Of a stretch of DNA of 64,000 nt, positions 8,040 through 17,616 are shown piece by piece. This DNA comes from a virus. Position 1 is the first letter of the stretch. Every line of letters begins with the position of its first letter. A program made the position numbers and the translations under genes. The notes beneath the pieces were generated by a model that had not been told where the DNA came from, ran no database searches, and saw nothing but the letters and a program-made list of their open reading frames with translations. The stretch spans positions 2,604-66,603 of IMG/VR virus record IMGVR_UViG_3300032223_002435; one strand, given 5' to 3'.

Positions 8040-9625
8040 TTTAGTGTGTGTGGATCAACATTTCCGAACGATTTGGGAGGAAGGATTGCTAGGTCGGCTT
8101 CCTTTTTCGCGGCGTCAACATTGAAGCCGATTAGATTCGACATATACCGATAATCCATTTCGTAGAGGTGGGCATCCATGAGGCGTTTTGGCTCTGGAAT
8201 GAGGCCCAGCAGAACCGATTTGACATGGGGCCATAGGGCTTCCTTTCTGGGCGCGGCTTTGGCTCGGGTGAATGGGCTCTTTCGGGATGACCCACCCTCG
8301 TCGCAATAGCTGTAACCATCCTCGTCGCAATAGCTGTAACCATCATCTACGCACTTGAGGGGTGGGTCTTTGATTTCAAAAACTTGCTCCCATCGCTTTG
8401 ATTCGTTCGGCTTAACGACCGATCCGGTAATCTTGTATGGAAGGCCAAAAGTGGCAATCACACGATCAATATCACAGGTGAGAGATTGCAGGGTGGCTTT
8501 TTCCAGAGCCAACACCAGCTTCTCGCGGACTAGGAGCCAACGCTTGCCTTGAAGAGCATTGATTTTCTTTTCGAGCTTCTCGGCGGGTGTTGACTCCTCC
8601 TTAACTTTGCCGTCCTTGGTCTTGGGGTTATTAAGGTAGCGGATAGAGAGCTTGCTGTCGCCATCAACAAAAGCCACCGGCTTACCAGTCTTACCCCACT
8701 TGTGCGTTTCGTAGTCGCGGGAATAATGCGTTCCCTTAATGACTATTGGTGTTTCGGAAATAACCGGCAGATTAACGCCGGCCTCCTTACAAAGCTCGTC
8801 GTACTGATGGTCGATGTACAGCGAGAGACGCTTTTTGAAACACACCCCGTTGAGGCACCGAGCGCAATCCTTCTTCTTTCCATCTTTGAAGTCGAAGATG
8901 TCGGCTTGCTTGGAGCTATCGGTGGCACAACCTGGGCCGCAATCTTTGACGAAGAACTTCGGGTCATGTAGGTCGAAGGGAGCATCCTTGAGTGAAGGAG
9001 ATTTCCTCTGGATATATTTGAGCAACTCGTCGCGAGTGGAGCATTGGTTCCAGCGATCATCTGCAATTTCAGATTGCTGCTTAACGCTTAACGATCCAAG
9101 CAACTCCATCATGTCGATGGAGAAGTGCCTAATACTGCTCTTTGGGTCACGCCAGGTCTTGAGGATCTTAGCATTGACCGCCAGCAACTTGATGCGGCGG
9201 CGAACCCATGTCTCAGCCTTACCCATGTAGGCGGCAATCTCAACGGCGGTCTGACCACGCTCGTGAAGTTTGAAGAGAAGCTCGGCCTCGGCCTTGGGAT
9301 CTGGATTCTCGCGCTGAAGATTGTCCACAAGAATGGCGGTCTGGAACTCGTCCTCGCTCATGTCTCTGACGGAGGCGCGGAGCGTTTTGATGCCGGCCAC
9401 TCGGGCGGCAACGCTACGGCGAGCACCGGCGGCGATCTCATAGTGCCCCTTCTTCGTGGGATGCGGACGGACAAGGATGGCAGCGGTCTGCCCCATGGTC
9501 GCAAGCGAAAGGGAAAGTTCCTTGATGCCGGAATCCGTCTCCTTGGGCTGGCGTGTGTTATGCTCCGAGATGTGGAGCTTATCAACAGGGATGTCGATGG
9601 TGGTGGTTTCGATGGTGGTGTTCAT
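8036..9625 (-). CDS. ParB/RepB/Spo0J-family protein with long C-terminal extension
   Basis: NTRQ, IKELSLSL, AILVRP, EIAAGARR, VDNLQRE, then HTH (AVEIAAYMGKAETWVRRRIKLL); start at MNTTIE coupled to the upstream stop. Confidence 0.88.
   Translation of the reverse strand: MNTTIETTTIDIPVDKLHISEHNTRQPKETDSGIKELSLSLATMGQTAAILVRPHPTKKGHYEIAAGARRSVAARVAGIKTLRASVRDMSEDEFQTAILVDNLQRENPDPKAEAELLFKLHERGQTAVEIAAYMGKAETWVRRRIKLLAVNAKILKTWRDPKSSIRHFSIDMMELLGSLSVKQQSEIADDRWNQCSTRDELLKYIQRKSPSLKDAPFDLHDPKFFVKDCGPGCATDSSKQADIFDFKDGKKKDCARCLNGVCFKKRLSLYIDHQYDELCKEAGVNLPVISETPIVIKGTHYSRDYETHKWGKTGKPVAFVDGDSKLSIRYLNNPKTKDGKVKEESTPAEKLEKKINALQGKRWLLVREKLVLALEKATLQSLTCDIDRVIATFGLPYKITGSVVKPNESKRWEQVFEIKDPPLKCVDDGYSYCDEDGYSYCDEGGSSRKSPFTRAKAAPRKEALWPHVKSVLLGLIPEPKRLMDAHLYEMDYRYMSNLIGFNVDAAKKEADLAILPPKSFGNVDPHTLK
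8296..8343. repeat. perfect 24-bp tandem duplication inside parB (DGYSYCDE x2)
   Basis: CCTCGTCGCAATAGCTGTAACCAT twice, in frame. Confidence 0.9.
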
Positions 9626-9984
9626 TCGGTGATTTCTTGTGCGGGGGTTGGGTTGAACCAAGTGTCGACTTCGATACCGATGCCCATGCGGCCTCGGATG
9701 GAGGAGAGCTCCTTGAGCGAGAAAGATCCCCACTCGCCCTCAAATCCTTGGACATACCCAAAACAGATGTCAGAGCCATCCCACTCTTGGACATACCAAG
9801 TAAATGAGCCGGAGGGATCGAACAGCTTTACGCGGAGCGTTGTGTCCTTGGTCGAGCCATTCTCGTCGATATTGTCATCGGAGAAAGGCACTTTCTGAAG
9901 GCGGCACGCCTTTTGCATTAGGGCTAGTTTATTTGCCCCGTAGGTAACTCCTGACTGATTGATGTGGTCGGTTAGGTGGATCAT
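9622..9984 (-). CDS. DUF2958-family protein
   Basis: VKLFDPSGSFTWYVQEWD...FGYVQG..EWGSFSLKEL. Confidence 0.8.
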   Translation of the reverse strand: MIHLTDHINQSGVTYGANKLALMQKACRLQKVPFSDDNIDENGSTKDTTLRVKLFDPSGSFTWYVQEWDGSDICFGYVQGFEGEWGSFSLKELSSIRGRMGIGIEVDTWFNPTPAQEITE

Positions 9985-10202
9985 AGGTGATTGGAAACGA
10001 AGGCTTGGTGTTGGATTACGAAACGCACTTGCGATGCGGGAATAGTCTCCCCGCTAATTCCGCGCCAATGCCCTTGGTGTTTGATGAGCGTGGTGAAGTT
10101 AGTAACGGACTGAAATGCCTCCTCCAGAGTCAATGATTCTGGAGAGGTGGGACACCAAAGGCCGTCGCCGGCGTCGGGATAGACGAAATATTTATTGGTC
10201 AC
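9981..10202 (-). CDS. hypothetical protein
   Basis: 73-aa coupled ORF. Confidence 0.5.
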   Translation of the reverse strand: MTNKYFVYPDAGDGLWCPTSPESLTLEEAFQSVTNFTTLIKHQGHWRGISGETIPASQVRFVIQHQAFVSNHL

Positions 10203-10355
10203 GATTGATGAGGTATTCGGAGCACTCGGAAATGGTGAAAATTGCCTCAGTCACTGCGGCTCCAGCTTGGTCGGCCTGATGGTCATCGAGTTGATGCAAT
10301 AGATCCCTGGCGGAACGAAGGCTGTCCAATAGTCCGTCGATTTGCTTATGTGTCA

Positions 10356-11006
10356 TTACTTTCTCCTCCCCTTGGTTTTAACCATGGCGACAATCGGGCA
10401 AATGCCATCGACCGCGATATTCTCCGACACGGAGAGCTGCGAGTGACGAGCAACATGGAAGTCACTTGTGGGCTTGATAACGGCCTTGGCGGACAAGGCT
10501 TCAGTCGCGTTATGTTTGGCGAAGAGGGCCTGGATCTCTCCAATAAGCTCCTCGGCCACATCGGCAGGGATCTTGTCGCCATCGACCTTCAACTCGAAAG
10601 CCTGACGGAAGAACTGGCCGGTGCGCTCGGCTCCGATGGCCTCGATGATGGGAGTCTCATCGGTCAGCATCTTGTAGCGGTTTGCAAACGAGACGATGAT
10701 GGTCTGGTCAGGCTTGGTTCCTTTGGCCTCAACGGAGGAAGGGATGTCGAGCTTTCCGTGTAGATGCTCGAAATAGAAACCTTGAGCAATGCTCTTGAGT
10801 TCTGCTTTCTTGATTTCGAGAGATCCCTCAATGGATTCTAACTCACGGGCTTCGTCCAGATAGTCGGTGACGAGGCGAGCCAGGTCATCGCTTGCGGGTA
10901 ACTGCGGATACTCAGTCGCAGTTTTCTCTGTCTTGGTAGCTATGCCACCAAGGTTCAGTTTCTTGATGCCGGTTTTAGCCGCCGGTGCGGGTGTTTTGGT
11001 TGCCAT
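10356..11006 (-). CDS. hypothetical protein
   Basis: 216-aa ATG ORF in operon with protein-like composition. Confidence 0.7.
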   Translation of the reverse strand: MATKTPAPAAKTGIKKLNLGGIATKTEKTATEYPQLPASDDLARLVTDYLDEARELESIEGSLEIKKAELKSIAQGFYFEHLHGKLDIPSSVEAKGTKPDQTIIVSFANRYKMLTDETPIIEAIGAERTGQFFRQAFELKVDGDKIPADVAEELIGEIQALFAKHNATEALSAKAVIKPTSDFHVARHSQLSVSENIAVDGICPIVAMVKTKGRRK

Positions 11007-11009
11007 AAA

Positions 11010-11408
11010 CTAGAGTGATGAAAGGTGATTGATGATGGATTGGTATTGATCGGACATGACCTCTGCTGCGTCTGGCACATGAGGGATCAGAAAGTGTTCG
11101 GCTAGAACTCTGGTTGGATGTATCGCATGAAAGCCGCGCTTCGATGGGGGCTCATGATCGGTGAACAAATTGCGGCGATGCAGATTATCTAGAATGACGA
11201 GCGAAAACTCGTCGCCGGTCACAAGAACCTTCTCTCGCTTTCCCTCATAGAGTCTTATCGTAAGACTTCTGACTTTTTGCGTGCGCGTTTGGACTCGGTA
11301 GAGGCGACCGGCCTCAAAGCCATTGAGGTTGATCGAGCAACGGATTGCCTTGGCCCCATCCATCCAGCCCAGCCGTTCGTGCGGGGCTAGTGGAGTTAAT
11401 GGGTGCAT
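11010..11408 (-). CDS. hypothetical protein
   Basis: 132-aa coupled ORF; contains a palindrome copy at 11251. Confidence 0.6.
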   Translation of the reverse strand: MHPLTPLAPHERLGWMDGAKAIRCSINLNGFEAGRLYRVQTRTQKVRSLTIRLYEGKREKVLVTGDEFSLVILDNLHRRNLFTDHEPPSKRGFHAIHPTRVLAEHFLIPHVPDAAEVMSDQYQSIINHLSSL

Positions 11409-11601
11409 TAGTCTAGTGAGCCTACAAATTGAATTTTTAGGGTGCCTTGTTCGATCCCTAGTTCATTGCAGAAATGTGAGAACGACTGATTTAAGTGCAT
11501 CTCCAACTCACTCAATCGGTGATCGGACAGCACAAATATGTCCCTCATGGCGTCGGTGATCGCGTCTTGAGCAAATTCAATTTCGTCGGCTGGGGTTATG
11601 C

Positions 11602-11878
11602 TCATTGATAGTTTTCGTTCCAGCGTTTTTGCCACTCCTCGGCGGCGGCCACCCAGGACTCGCCGCTGATAAGGCCGTATTGCATGAGGGCAATCAGTTC
11701 ATCTTTGTTTTCTACGCACTGCGCGGCGTATTTACAGACGGCCTCGATCAGCCACACTTGTTGCATCGGTGAACCATGTGTCATGAAGTCGCGGACAAAA
11801 TCCGCATTGGTCATCCTTTTGGCCCACGCCGCCTTGAGAAGCGGGTCTGGCTTTTTATCTACGGGTATTGTGTGCATT
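11602..11878 (-). CDS. hypothetical protein (start uncertain)
   Basis: MTNADFVRDFM-type ORF in the operon; start approximate. Confidence 0.5.
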
Positions 11879-11997
11879 TTAAGAAAGGCGACGATCCCAT
11901 ATTTCAAAAACACGCTTTCCGTATTCGGTGAGCTTTCCATTTTGGGCGGCGGGAATGCGGTGCAGTTTGCACCAACAGAGAAACTGAATTTGCTTAA

Positions 11998-12213
11998 TCA
12001 TCGGTCTACATCTATGTAAAAGTCGGGGTCGGGCTCGTTGTAATAGTCACCCGCACAGCGCCCCTCGCAAAACCTCTGGGCGTTGCTGGTGGGCTTAAAG
12101 TTATCGCCACACCACTTGCACTCTCTCGTAGTGTAACGCCAATCATCAGGGCACCCCTCCTCGTGGCATGGAGTTCCGTTGATGACCAGCAATTCGCAAG
12201 AAGGGCAGCTCAT
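11998..12213 (-). CDS. small Cys-rich zinc-binding protein
   Basis: CPSC...CHEEGC...CKWC...FCEGRC. Confidence 0.7.
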   Translation of the reverse strand: MSCPSCELLVINGTPCHEEGCPDDWRYTTRECKWCGDNFKPTSNAQRFCEGRCAGDYYNEPDPDFYIDVDR

Positions 12214-12331
12214 GGGGTTTTTCGTTTAGATTTTCGCCTAGGCGGCTTTGGTTTTGTTGGCAAGAACGAGCACAGGGACAGAAGAAACTCCGACAAAGCA
12301 CACACGGCCTCCGCAACATCTTCTCGGTAAA

Positions 12332-12814
12332 TCATGCCTCTTCTAGTGTTAGGTCTTCTTCGGGAAGATTATGGATGTCTCGCATCCATAAAGGAGCTTC
12401 GGCCACATCTCCATAGCACTCGTCGTCATCTCCGTTTTCGTAATCGGCGGTGAACCGGCCAATAAATCCGCATCCTTCATCCAGGTAATCGAGAACCAAC
12501 CTTGTTTTTAGGATTTCAGACAGCTTGGTAATAATCGGCAAAGGCGGCGACCATGCGGTTTGGAAAAACAGCGACTCGCCCTGAAGTGACGGAGAGTAAC
12601 TATTCCATTTCGATCCCCAGTTTTTAACTCGCCAATCATACCATCCGTTTTCTCCAAAGGGGGTTTCCATATCCACCGATGCGGGCGTAGGAATTACTTT
12701 CTCGAAGTCGATGGAATAATCATCGTCGATTTCATAAAGATAAGGCAGCAGTAGCTTTGACATACTCCCTTGATAATCGGGAGCCGTCAGAATGTTGTCG
12801 GTGTGATTAGGCAT
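12332..12814 (-). CDS. DUF1281/YubB-like ferredoxin-fold protein
   Basis: MPNH..N, WYDWRVKNWGSKWN, FQTAWSPP. Confidence 0.8.
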   Translation of the reverse strand: MPNHTDNILTAPDYQGSMSKLLLPYLYEIDDDYSIDFEKVIPTPASVDMETPFGENGWYDWRVKNWGSKWNSYSPSLQGESLFFQTAWSPPLPIITKLSEILKTRLVLDYLDEGCGFIGRFTADYENGDDDECYGDVAEAPLWMRDIHNLPEEDLTLEEA

Positions 12815-13405
12815 TGTTAGTGGTGTTTAGTTTAAAATAGTTCCCCTGCCCTCCCGTCGGAGGCTTTCCCAATTTTGGTTTTCGGTAACTCCCTCCATTT
12901 GCAAATGGAGGTAAGAAGTCACACAGGGGGTCTCTCTGCTTTAGCCGACGGCGTGGGTCCTTCGGGCCGGTTCCCCTGGCTTGAGACAGGCGGTGGCAGC
13001 ATTACTCAATTATGCAAAACAAAGGCCAAGATGAGGGCAAAGGCAGTAGCCATAATGCACAACAACAAACCAGAAAGGATCAGGTAATGATTCTGTCTAT
13101 CTCGGCGGGCTTTTTGCTTTAAAAGATACGGACGGATAAGAATGTTAATTTCGTTGGAAGTCATATTTCTTCAATGGTTTCTCCAGCTTCGACAAGGTAT
13201 CGGTATCCATCGCCATCACTTGCCGACCATCCGCAATAGCAGTTGGACAATCCTTTGTGATCGCCACAATTATCGCAGATCCTTACCCCGCATCCACGAC
13301 TGGATGTTTGGGGGTAGTAGTGACCACAGCCACACTTTTCGGGTTTTTCGCGGCCACACTCGGGGCAATGGTCTTCGCCAAATGGCACGCCGCATCGTTC
13401 ACATT

Positions 13406-13912
13406 TCATCGACGGAATACCCACACTTGATTGTTGTCATCAGTGCTGGTGCAAAATGAATGGGTCAGCTCGGATTCCCAGACTCGGTTCCAATCTATAC
13501 AGGAGGTAATCCAAGTGGGGCAGTCGCTCGGTATCCCACCTGTCTCTTCAGAAAATTGCTGAGCAAAGTCTTCTTCAGAATCATACTTCCCTACAAATGC
13601 GTCATTTGCATCGGTTATGTTCCGGCCGTTGCCAATGGCGTCATAATACATCTCGACCATCATGCGTTCGTCATCATCCAATTCGAGCCACTCCCATATC
13701 TGATTATCGAGACCAGACTCTCCGTAGAAATCACGGGGAAAGTTTTGGAAATCTTGAAACATCAATTCGGGGTCGGCCTCATCTTTGTGAAGCTCGCGGC
13801 ATTCCTCGTAAAACGACTCTTTGTCGTGACCCTCTAATGAAACCCACGCCCCATCAATGCTTCCATTATTGTATTTGGCGTAAGTGCCAACATAAACAGA
13901 TGGGTCATCCAT
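13406..13912 (-). CDS. ardA: ArdA antirestriction protein (type I R-M DNA mimic)
   Basis: VYVGTYAKYNNGSIDGAW, DPELMFQD, GKYDSEEDFA, CIDW; highly acidic. Confidence 0.92.
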   Translation of the reverse strand: MDDPSVYVGTYAKYNNGSIDGAWVSLEGHDKESFYEECRELHKDEADPELMFQDFQNFPRDFYGESGLDNQIWEWLELDDDERMMVEMYYDAIGNGRNITDANDAFVGKYDSEEDFAQQFSEETGGIPSDCPTWITSCIDWNRVWESELTHSFCTSTDDNNQVWVFRR

Positions 13913-14102
13913 AAGACTCGTCCTCTAGCGTGGTTACCAGGCCGTCAAAGTCTTCGTTTTTCCCAAGCATATCGGCGGCGGCACAAACCATCGCCAAATC
14001 AATTCCGTATTCTTGTGACAGAGATTTCAGATACTCCATTCGGTTGGCATATCCATGCTCTTGATAGATGGATAGCTTGGGGGCTTCAGTAGTTGTATTC
14101 AT
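13905..14102 (-). CDS. conserved phage hypothetical protein
   Basis: GYANRMEYLKSLSQEYG...LGKNEDFDGLVTTLED. Confidence 0.65.
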   Translation of the reverse strand: MNTTTEAPKLSIYQEHGYANRMEYLKSLSQEYGIDLAMVCAAADMLGKNEDFDGLVTTLEDESYG

Positions 14103-14264
14103 GGTCGGGCATCTCCCACTGCTGTTCATAATACTCGTCGGGATTAGGGTATATTCCGTAGTCGGGCTTCATCAGCCGGTCTTCTTGAGCCACCAACTCA
14201 AAGTCGATGTTACTTTGATGGCGTGCTTCTCGGTCTTCTTTTTCCCAATCAATTTCAATAATAC

Positions 14265-14525
14265 TCATTGTTTTTCTAGTAAGTTTTCTTCTTTCAGCCA
14301 ATTAACAAGGGCATCGAATGAAGTTTGCGGAAGCTCATCACACACTTCAAAATCGCCATGCTCGCACTCCTTGTAGTCCTCGATTTCGTCATAGGTGATA
14401 TTGATTTGCCCCGTTCCAGCCTGGTTGCAAATGGTGATGCCGAGACGATCCAACTTTCCGTTTCGCAATTCCTCTTCGGTGAGTGAATCGTAAGTTTTTC
14501 CGAAGGCGGTGGTGGTGTATATCAT
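14265..14525 (-). CDS. hypothetical protein
   Basis: 86-aa coupled ORF. Confidence 0.5.
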   Translation of the reverse strand: MIYTTTAFGKTYDSLTEEELRNGKLDRLGITICNQAGTGQINITYDEIEDYKECEHGDFEVCDELPQTSFDALVNWLKEENLLEKQ

Positions 14526-15679
14526 TTGGTCGCAGGTGTTGGGTCTTCAACCGATACACGCATCGGCATCAGAATGACTTTGACCCCCATCTTGGCGGGA
14601 GATGTGAATACCCCCGGAGAGAGGGAGTCGATTAAAGACAGGCGGCCAAGCCCTGCATCGAGGGCATCGGCCACAAAGTCTTGATTGAAACAGATGTAGG
14701 GATTGTAGCCGGTTCGCCCATCCCCGATGTCGCCCTTGGTGTCGGCGGCGACATTGAACGAGCCACGCTTGCCCTTGAGGGAAAGTTGTCCAGGAGAGAT
14801 GTCCAGACGGAGGCTCTTCTCCTTGGTATTGGCTACATTTGCCTTGCGGATGGTGCTGGCAAGCTCGGCGGCATCCACTCGGATCACGCACTTCACTGCT
14901 CCCTCGTCGGGGATAACCTGACGGAAGTTGGGGAATTGCCCATCCACAAGTTTAGAAGTGAGTCTTACGATAAGACTGCCAACTTTCGTGAAGCGAACAA
15001 AGCGAGTCTCGTCCTTGTCCACCTTGTTGAAGCAAATCGTCATACCCTCCTCGACCATCTTGCAGGTCTCATTCGGGATAATGGCGTCGGCTTTGATCGC
15101 GGGGAGACCCTCACGCAGATACAGGCGACGGCCATCTGCTGCGACGGCCTCACCCTTGGCAGAATAAAGCATTCCGTTGAGGACATATCGGGTCGCATCA
15201 TTGGAAGCATGAGAAATGCCTTCGCTGACGGCCTTGTGGAACGGGTCGGCATCGAGCGTCGTGGTCGGCCAAGTGAGAGTCGGTATAACAGGGAAGCTAT
15301 CCATCGAGACTTCTGTCTCAACGGCTGTATAGGCGGCGATGCCGCCAGTGACATAAGACAGGCCGCCAGGCTCGATTTTTATACTGGTTCCCTTGTCGGA
15401 TGCCTTGGCGACTTGCGTCAGGGTATCAATCGGCACTAGGAAGTCAGCCTGCTCGCGAGCCAATGACAATGCGGCCAGCTTGCGGGACAATTCACTCGTG
15501 CCAACTTCGGACGGAATTGAGATCGTCAGGAAACGATCTTGATCGGTGGCGACCAGATGCGTCCCAGTAGCGTTGCGAGTGCAACGCACATAGGACAGCA
15601 CCGGCATCTTGGCAGAGGGCGATGCAACCTTGCGGAGGCGACGGGCGACATCCACAAGGAGCGATTGGGAAATAATCAT
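14522..15679 (-). CDS. DNA polymerase III beta (sliding clamp)-like protein
   Basis: MPVLS, LVATD, ASNDATRYVLNGM, AADGRRL, SKLVDGQFPNFRQVIP, FN, ILMPMR. Confidence 0.88.
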   Translation of the reverse strand: MIISQSLLVDVARRLRKVASPSAKMPVLSYVRCTRNATGTHLVATDQDRFLTISIPSEVGTSELSRKLAALSLAREQADFLVPIDTLTQVAKASDKGTSIKIEPGGLSYVTGGIAAYTAVETEVSMDSFPVIPTLTWPTTTLDADPFHKAVSEGISHASNDATRYVLNGMLYSAKGEAVAADGRRLYLREGLPAIKADAIIPNETCKMVEEGMTICFNKVDKDETRFVRFTKVGSLIVRLTSKLVDGQFPNFRQVIPDEGAVKCVIRVDAAELASTIRKANVANTKEKSLRLDISPGQLSLKGKRGSFNVAADTKGDIGDGRTGYNPYICFNQDFVADALDAGLGRLSLIDSLSPGVFTSPAKMGVKVILMPMRVSVEDPTPATK

Positions 15680-15852
15680 GGCTTGATGTAGGCGTTGAGG
15701 CCGATAGTCACCGGCTTGCCATTAACAAGGGCGGTGGTGGTGATGTTGCCGCTAGTGGTGGCGACGACCAGCGTCTTGCCGCTTGCGGAGGGGCGAGGCT
15801 TCTCCAGCGGGATCTCGATAAACAGGGTGTTGTCTTTGATGGTGGTTTTCAC
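15676..15852 (-). CDS. conserved small protein (58 aa, below cutoff)
   Basis: Manual translation MKTTIKDNTLFIEIPLEKPRPSASGKTLVVATTSGN...IGLNAYIKP; stop overlaps the clamp ATG. Confidence 0.75.
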   Translation of the reverse strand: MKTTIKDNTLFIEIPLEKPRPSASGKTLVVATTSGNITTTALVNGKPVTIGLNAYIKP

Positions 15853-15876
15853 GGACGGGTTTAGTTGAATTTGAAT

Positions 15877-15911
15877 AAAAAGATGCCGCCCACTTAACGG
15901 CGGGGCGGCGT
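15877..15911 (-). terminator. intrinsic terminator candidate after the 286-aa gene
   Basis: Minus strand ACGCCGCCC...GGGCGGCAT-CTTTTT. Confidence 0.55.
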
Positions 15912-15925
15912 TGCCGTGTTACTGA

Positions 15926-16786
15926 TTAGGCAGCAACGACCTTCTTCTTCTTACCCCCCAAATTAACCCCCACAGCCTCGGCGAGTTCGGCGATGCGGGC
16001 GGTGACTACGGCTTGGCTGTCCTCGTCCAACTCGGAGAAGGCCAGCTCGACCGCATTGATAGCGTCCAGAACACCGGCCAAGGTGACACCTTCGGGAGCC
16101 TCAATGGTCTCCTCCTCGGTCTCGTCCTCGTCGGTAGAGGCTGGGGCGGGATGGCCGGCCTTGGCATCCTCGATCTCGGGATCGGACTGCTTGGCGGCTT
16201 TCGCCTTGAGGTCAGCGTTCTCGGCCTTGATCTTCTCGATCTCGACCGCCTCGGCCTCGGCCTTGGCAGTCGCGGCGGCCTCGGCGGCAGCCTTCACCTT
16301 GTCGGCGGCATCCTGCTTGGCCTTGGCCTCATCGAGGGTCAGGCCGGTCTCGTAGAGACTTGCCAACTCCTCGTCAGGCTCACCGGCCACCTTGACAACG
16401 GCTACCACCTCCTCGGCGGTGAGTTGCTTGGCGGATCGGGCGGTTTGAACACGGACGATGTTGAAGCAATCCGCGTGGGACAGCCGATCATACTCGGCCT
16501 CGGTCAAGTGTCCGGCCTCGACCAGGCTAAAGACCTTGGCGGCATAGCTGGCGTTGGATATGGAACCCTTGGGGATACCAGCCTTCTGCAGGAGAGGGAA
16601 GATACCCTTATCCTTTTTGGTCAGGCTGGCTTCGATGCAACGGAACAGCTTGCCCATTGCAGAGAAGGCACGCTGTCCGGCTGATGCTTCCACTTGGAAG
16701 CGAGTGACCGCCTCGGCTCGCGTCATTGCGGCGGCGGCGGCGTAGGATAGTGCCTCGATAGGCACTTCGACTTTCGTCTTTTTCAT
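15926..16786 (-). CDS. hypothetical Ala/Glu-rich early protein
   Basis: 286-aa ORF with (CAACC)n leader. Confidence 0.75.
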   Translation of the reverse strand: MKKTKVEVPIEALSYAAAAAMTRAEAVTRFQVEASAGQRAFSAMGKLFRCIEASLTKKDKGIFPLLQKAGIPKGSISNASYAAKVFSLVEAGHLTEAEYDRLSHADCFNIVRVQTARSAKQLTAEEVVAVVKVAGEPDEELASLYETGLTLDEAKAKQDAADKVKAAAEAAATAKAEAEAVEIEKIKAENADLKAKAAKQSDPEIEDAKAGHPAPASTDEDETEEETIEAPEGVTLAGVLDAINAVELAFSELDEDSQAVVTARIAELAEAVGVNLGGKKKKVVAA

Positions 16787-16831
16787 AACGGGTTGGGTTG
16801 GGTTGGGTTGCGTCCCGTTATCCTTTCGCAG

Positions 16832-16848
16832 AGTCTTACGATAAGACT
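16832..16848. promoter_or_regulatory. palindromic site AGTCTTA-N3-TAAGACT (intergenic copy; 7 copies found in window)
   Basis: Identical arms at 6737, 11251, 14961, 16832, 17348, 21040 and 63800. Confidence 0.85.
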
Positions 16849-16951
16849 CGCGTCAGGATCAGAGGCACAACACGGACGGGACAAGCCGTGTTGCTAAAAT
16901 CACGCAGAAACCACGGACGGCTAAACTCGCCGCCGGTAAAAGAAAACCGGC

Positions 16952-17545
16952 CTAGGCCGGTTTCTTGTAGTTAAGTGCCGCGCCAGCCAGCCATCGGGAA
17001 GGCGTATGCGCGCCGCGCCTGCAATCCTTGCCGGAGGCGGTGACATACCATCCGACAGCGGGTCGGGGTTTCTTCTCGGCAGGGCGGTCAGGTAAGATAG
17101 CCATCGCCTCACGCTCAAATCGCGCGGCGGCATCCGCGCCGCATCGCCGCGCGATCTCCCTCGATTTCTTGATGATCGAGGCAGGGTCAGTATTCGGGGT
17201 GATCTTGAAAGAGTAGTCGCCAGCCGAAACGGACAGCATGGCAATGCGGAATTTCAATTCGACTTGAGAGCCGTCTTTCTTCGTCTTGAATCGGGGCGGC
17301 GAGAAGGGCAGGAAGATTTCGGTCTCTTCCATCTCGAGATTGTCGAGAGTCTTATGGTAAGACTCGCACGATTTACGGGCGACGATGCGCGCGGCGCGTA
17401 GTCGCCGGGCGGCATAGCGATCAGCGGCCAGGGCGGCGGCGGCGGCGCGATCATCCGAGGATGACCACGGGACATTAGGAACTCCCGACACTTGGAAAAG
17501 GCGGTCGGATGCCGAGGCTACAGGTTTGATGGTGGGAAGTTTCAT
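16952..17545 (-). CDS. hypothetical early protein
   Basis: 197-aa GC-rich ATG ORF. Confidence 0.6.
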   Translation of the reverse strand: MKLPTIKPVASASDRLFQVSGVPNVPWSSSDDRAAAAALAADRYAARRLRAARIVARKSCESYHKTLDNLEMEETEIFLPFSPPRFKTKKDGSQVELKFRIAMLSVSAGDYSFKITPNTDPASIIKKSREIARRCGADAAARFEREAMAILPDRPAEKKPRPAVGWYVTASGKDCRRGAHTPSRWLAGAALNYKKPA

Positions 17546-17551
17546 TGCATG

Positions 17552-17586
17552 AAAAAGCCCCGCGCCTCTTCCGAGACGCGGGGCTT
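17552..17586 (-). terminator. strong intrinsic terminator-like hairpin 6 nt upstream of the 197-aa ORF
   Basis: Minus strand AAGCCCCGCGTCTC-GGAA-GAGGCGCGGGGCTT-TTT. Confidence 0.75.
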
Positions 17587-17616
17587 GTGATGTTATGGGG
17601 TCGAGCCGTCAGTTAT

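Noticed and set aside
13903-13918. Eighth copy of the AGTCTTA palindrome
   Set aside because: Only the TAAGACT half matches
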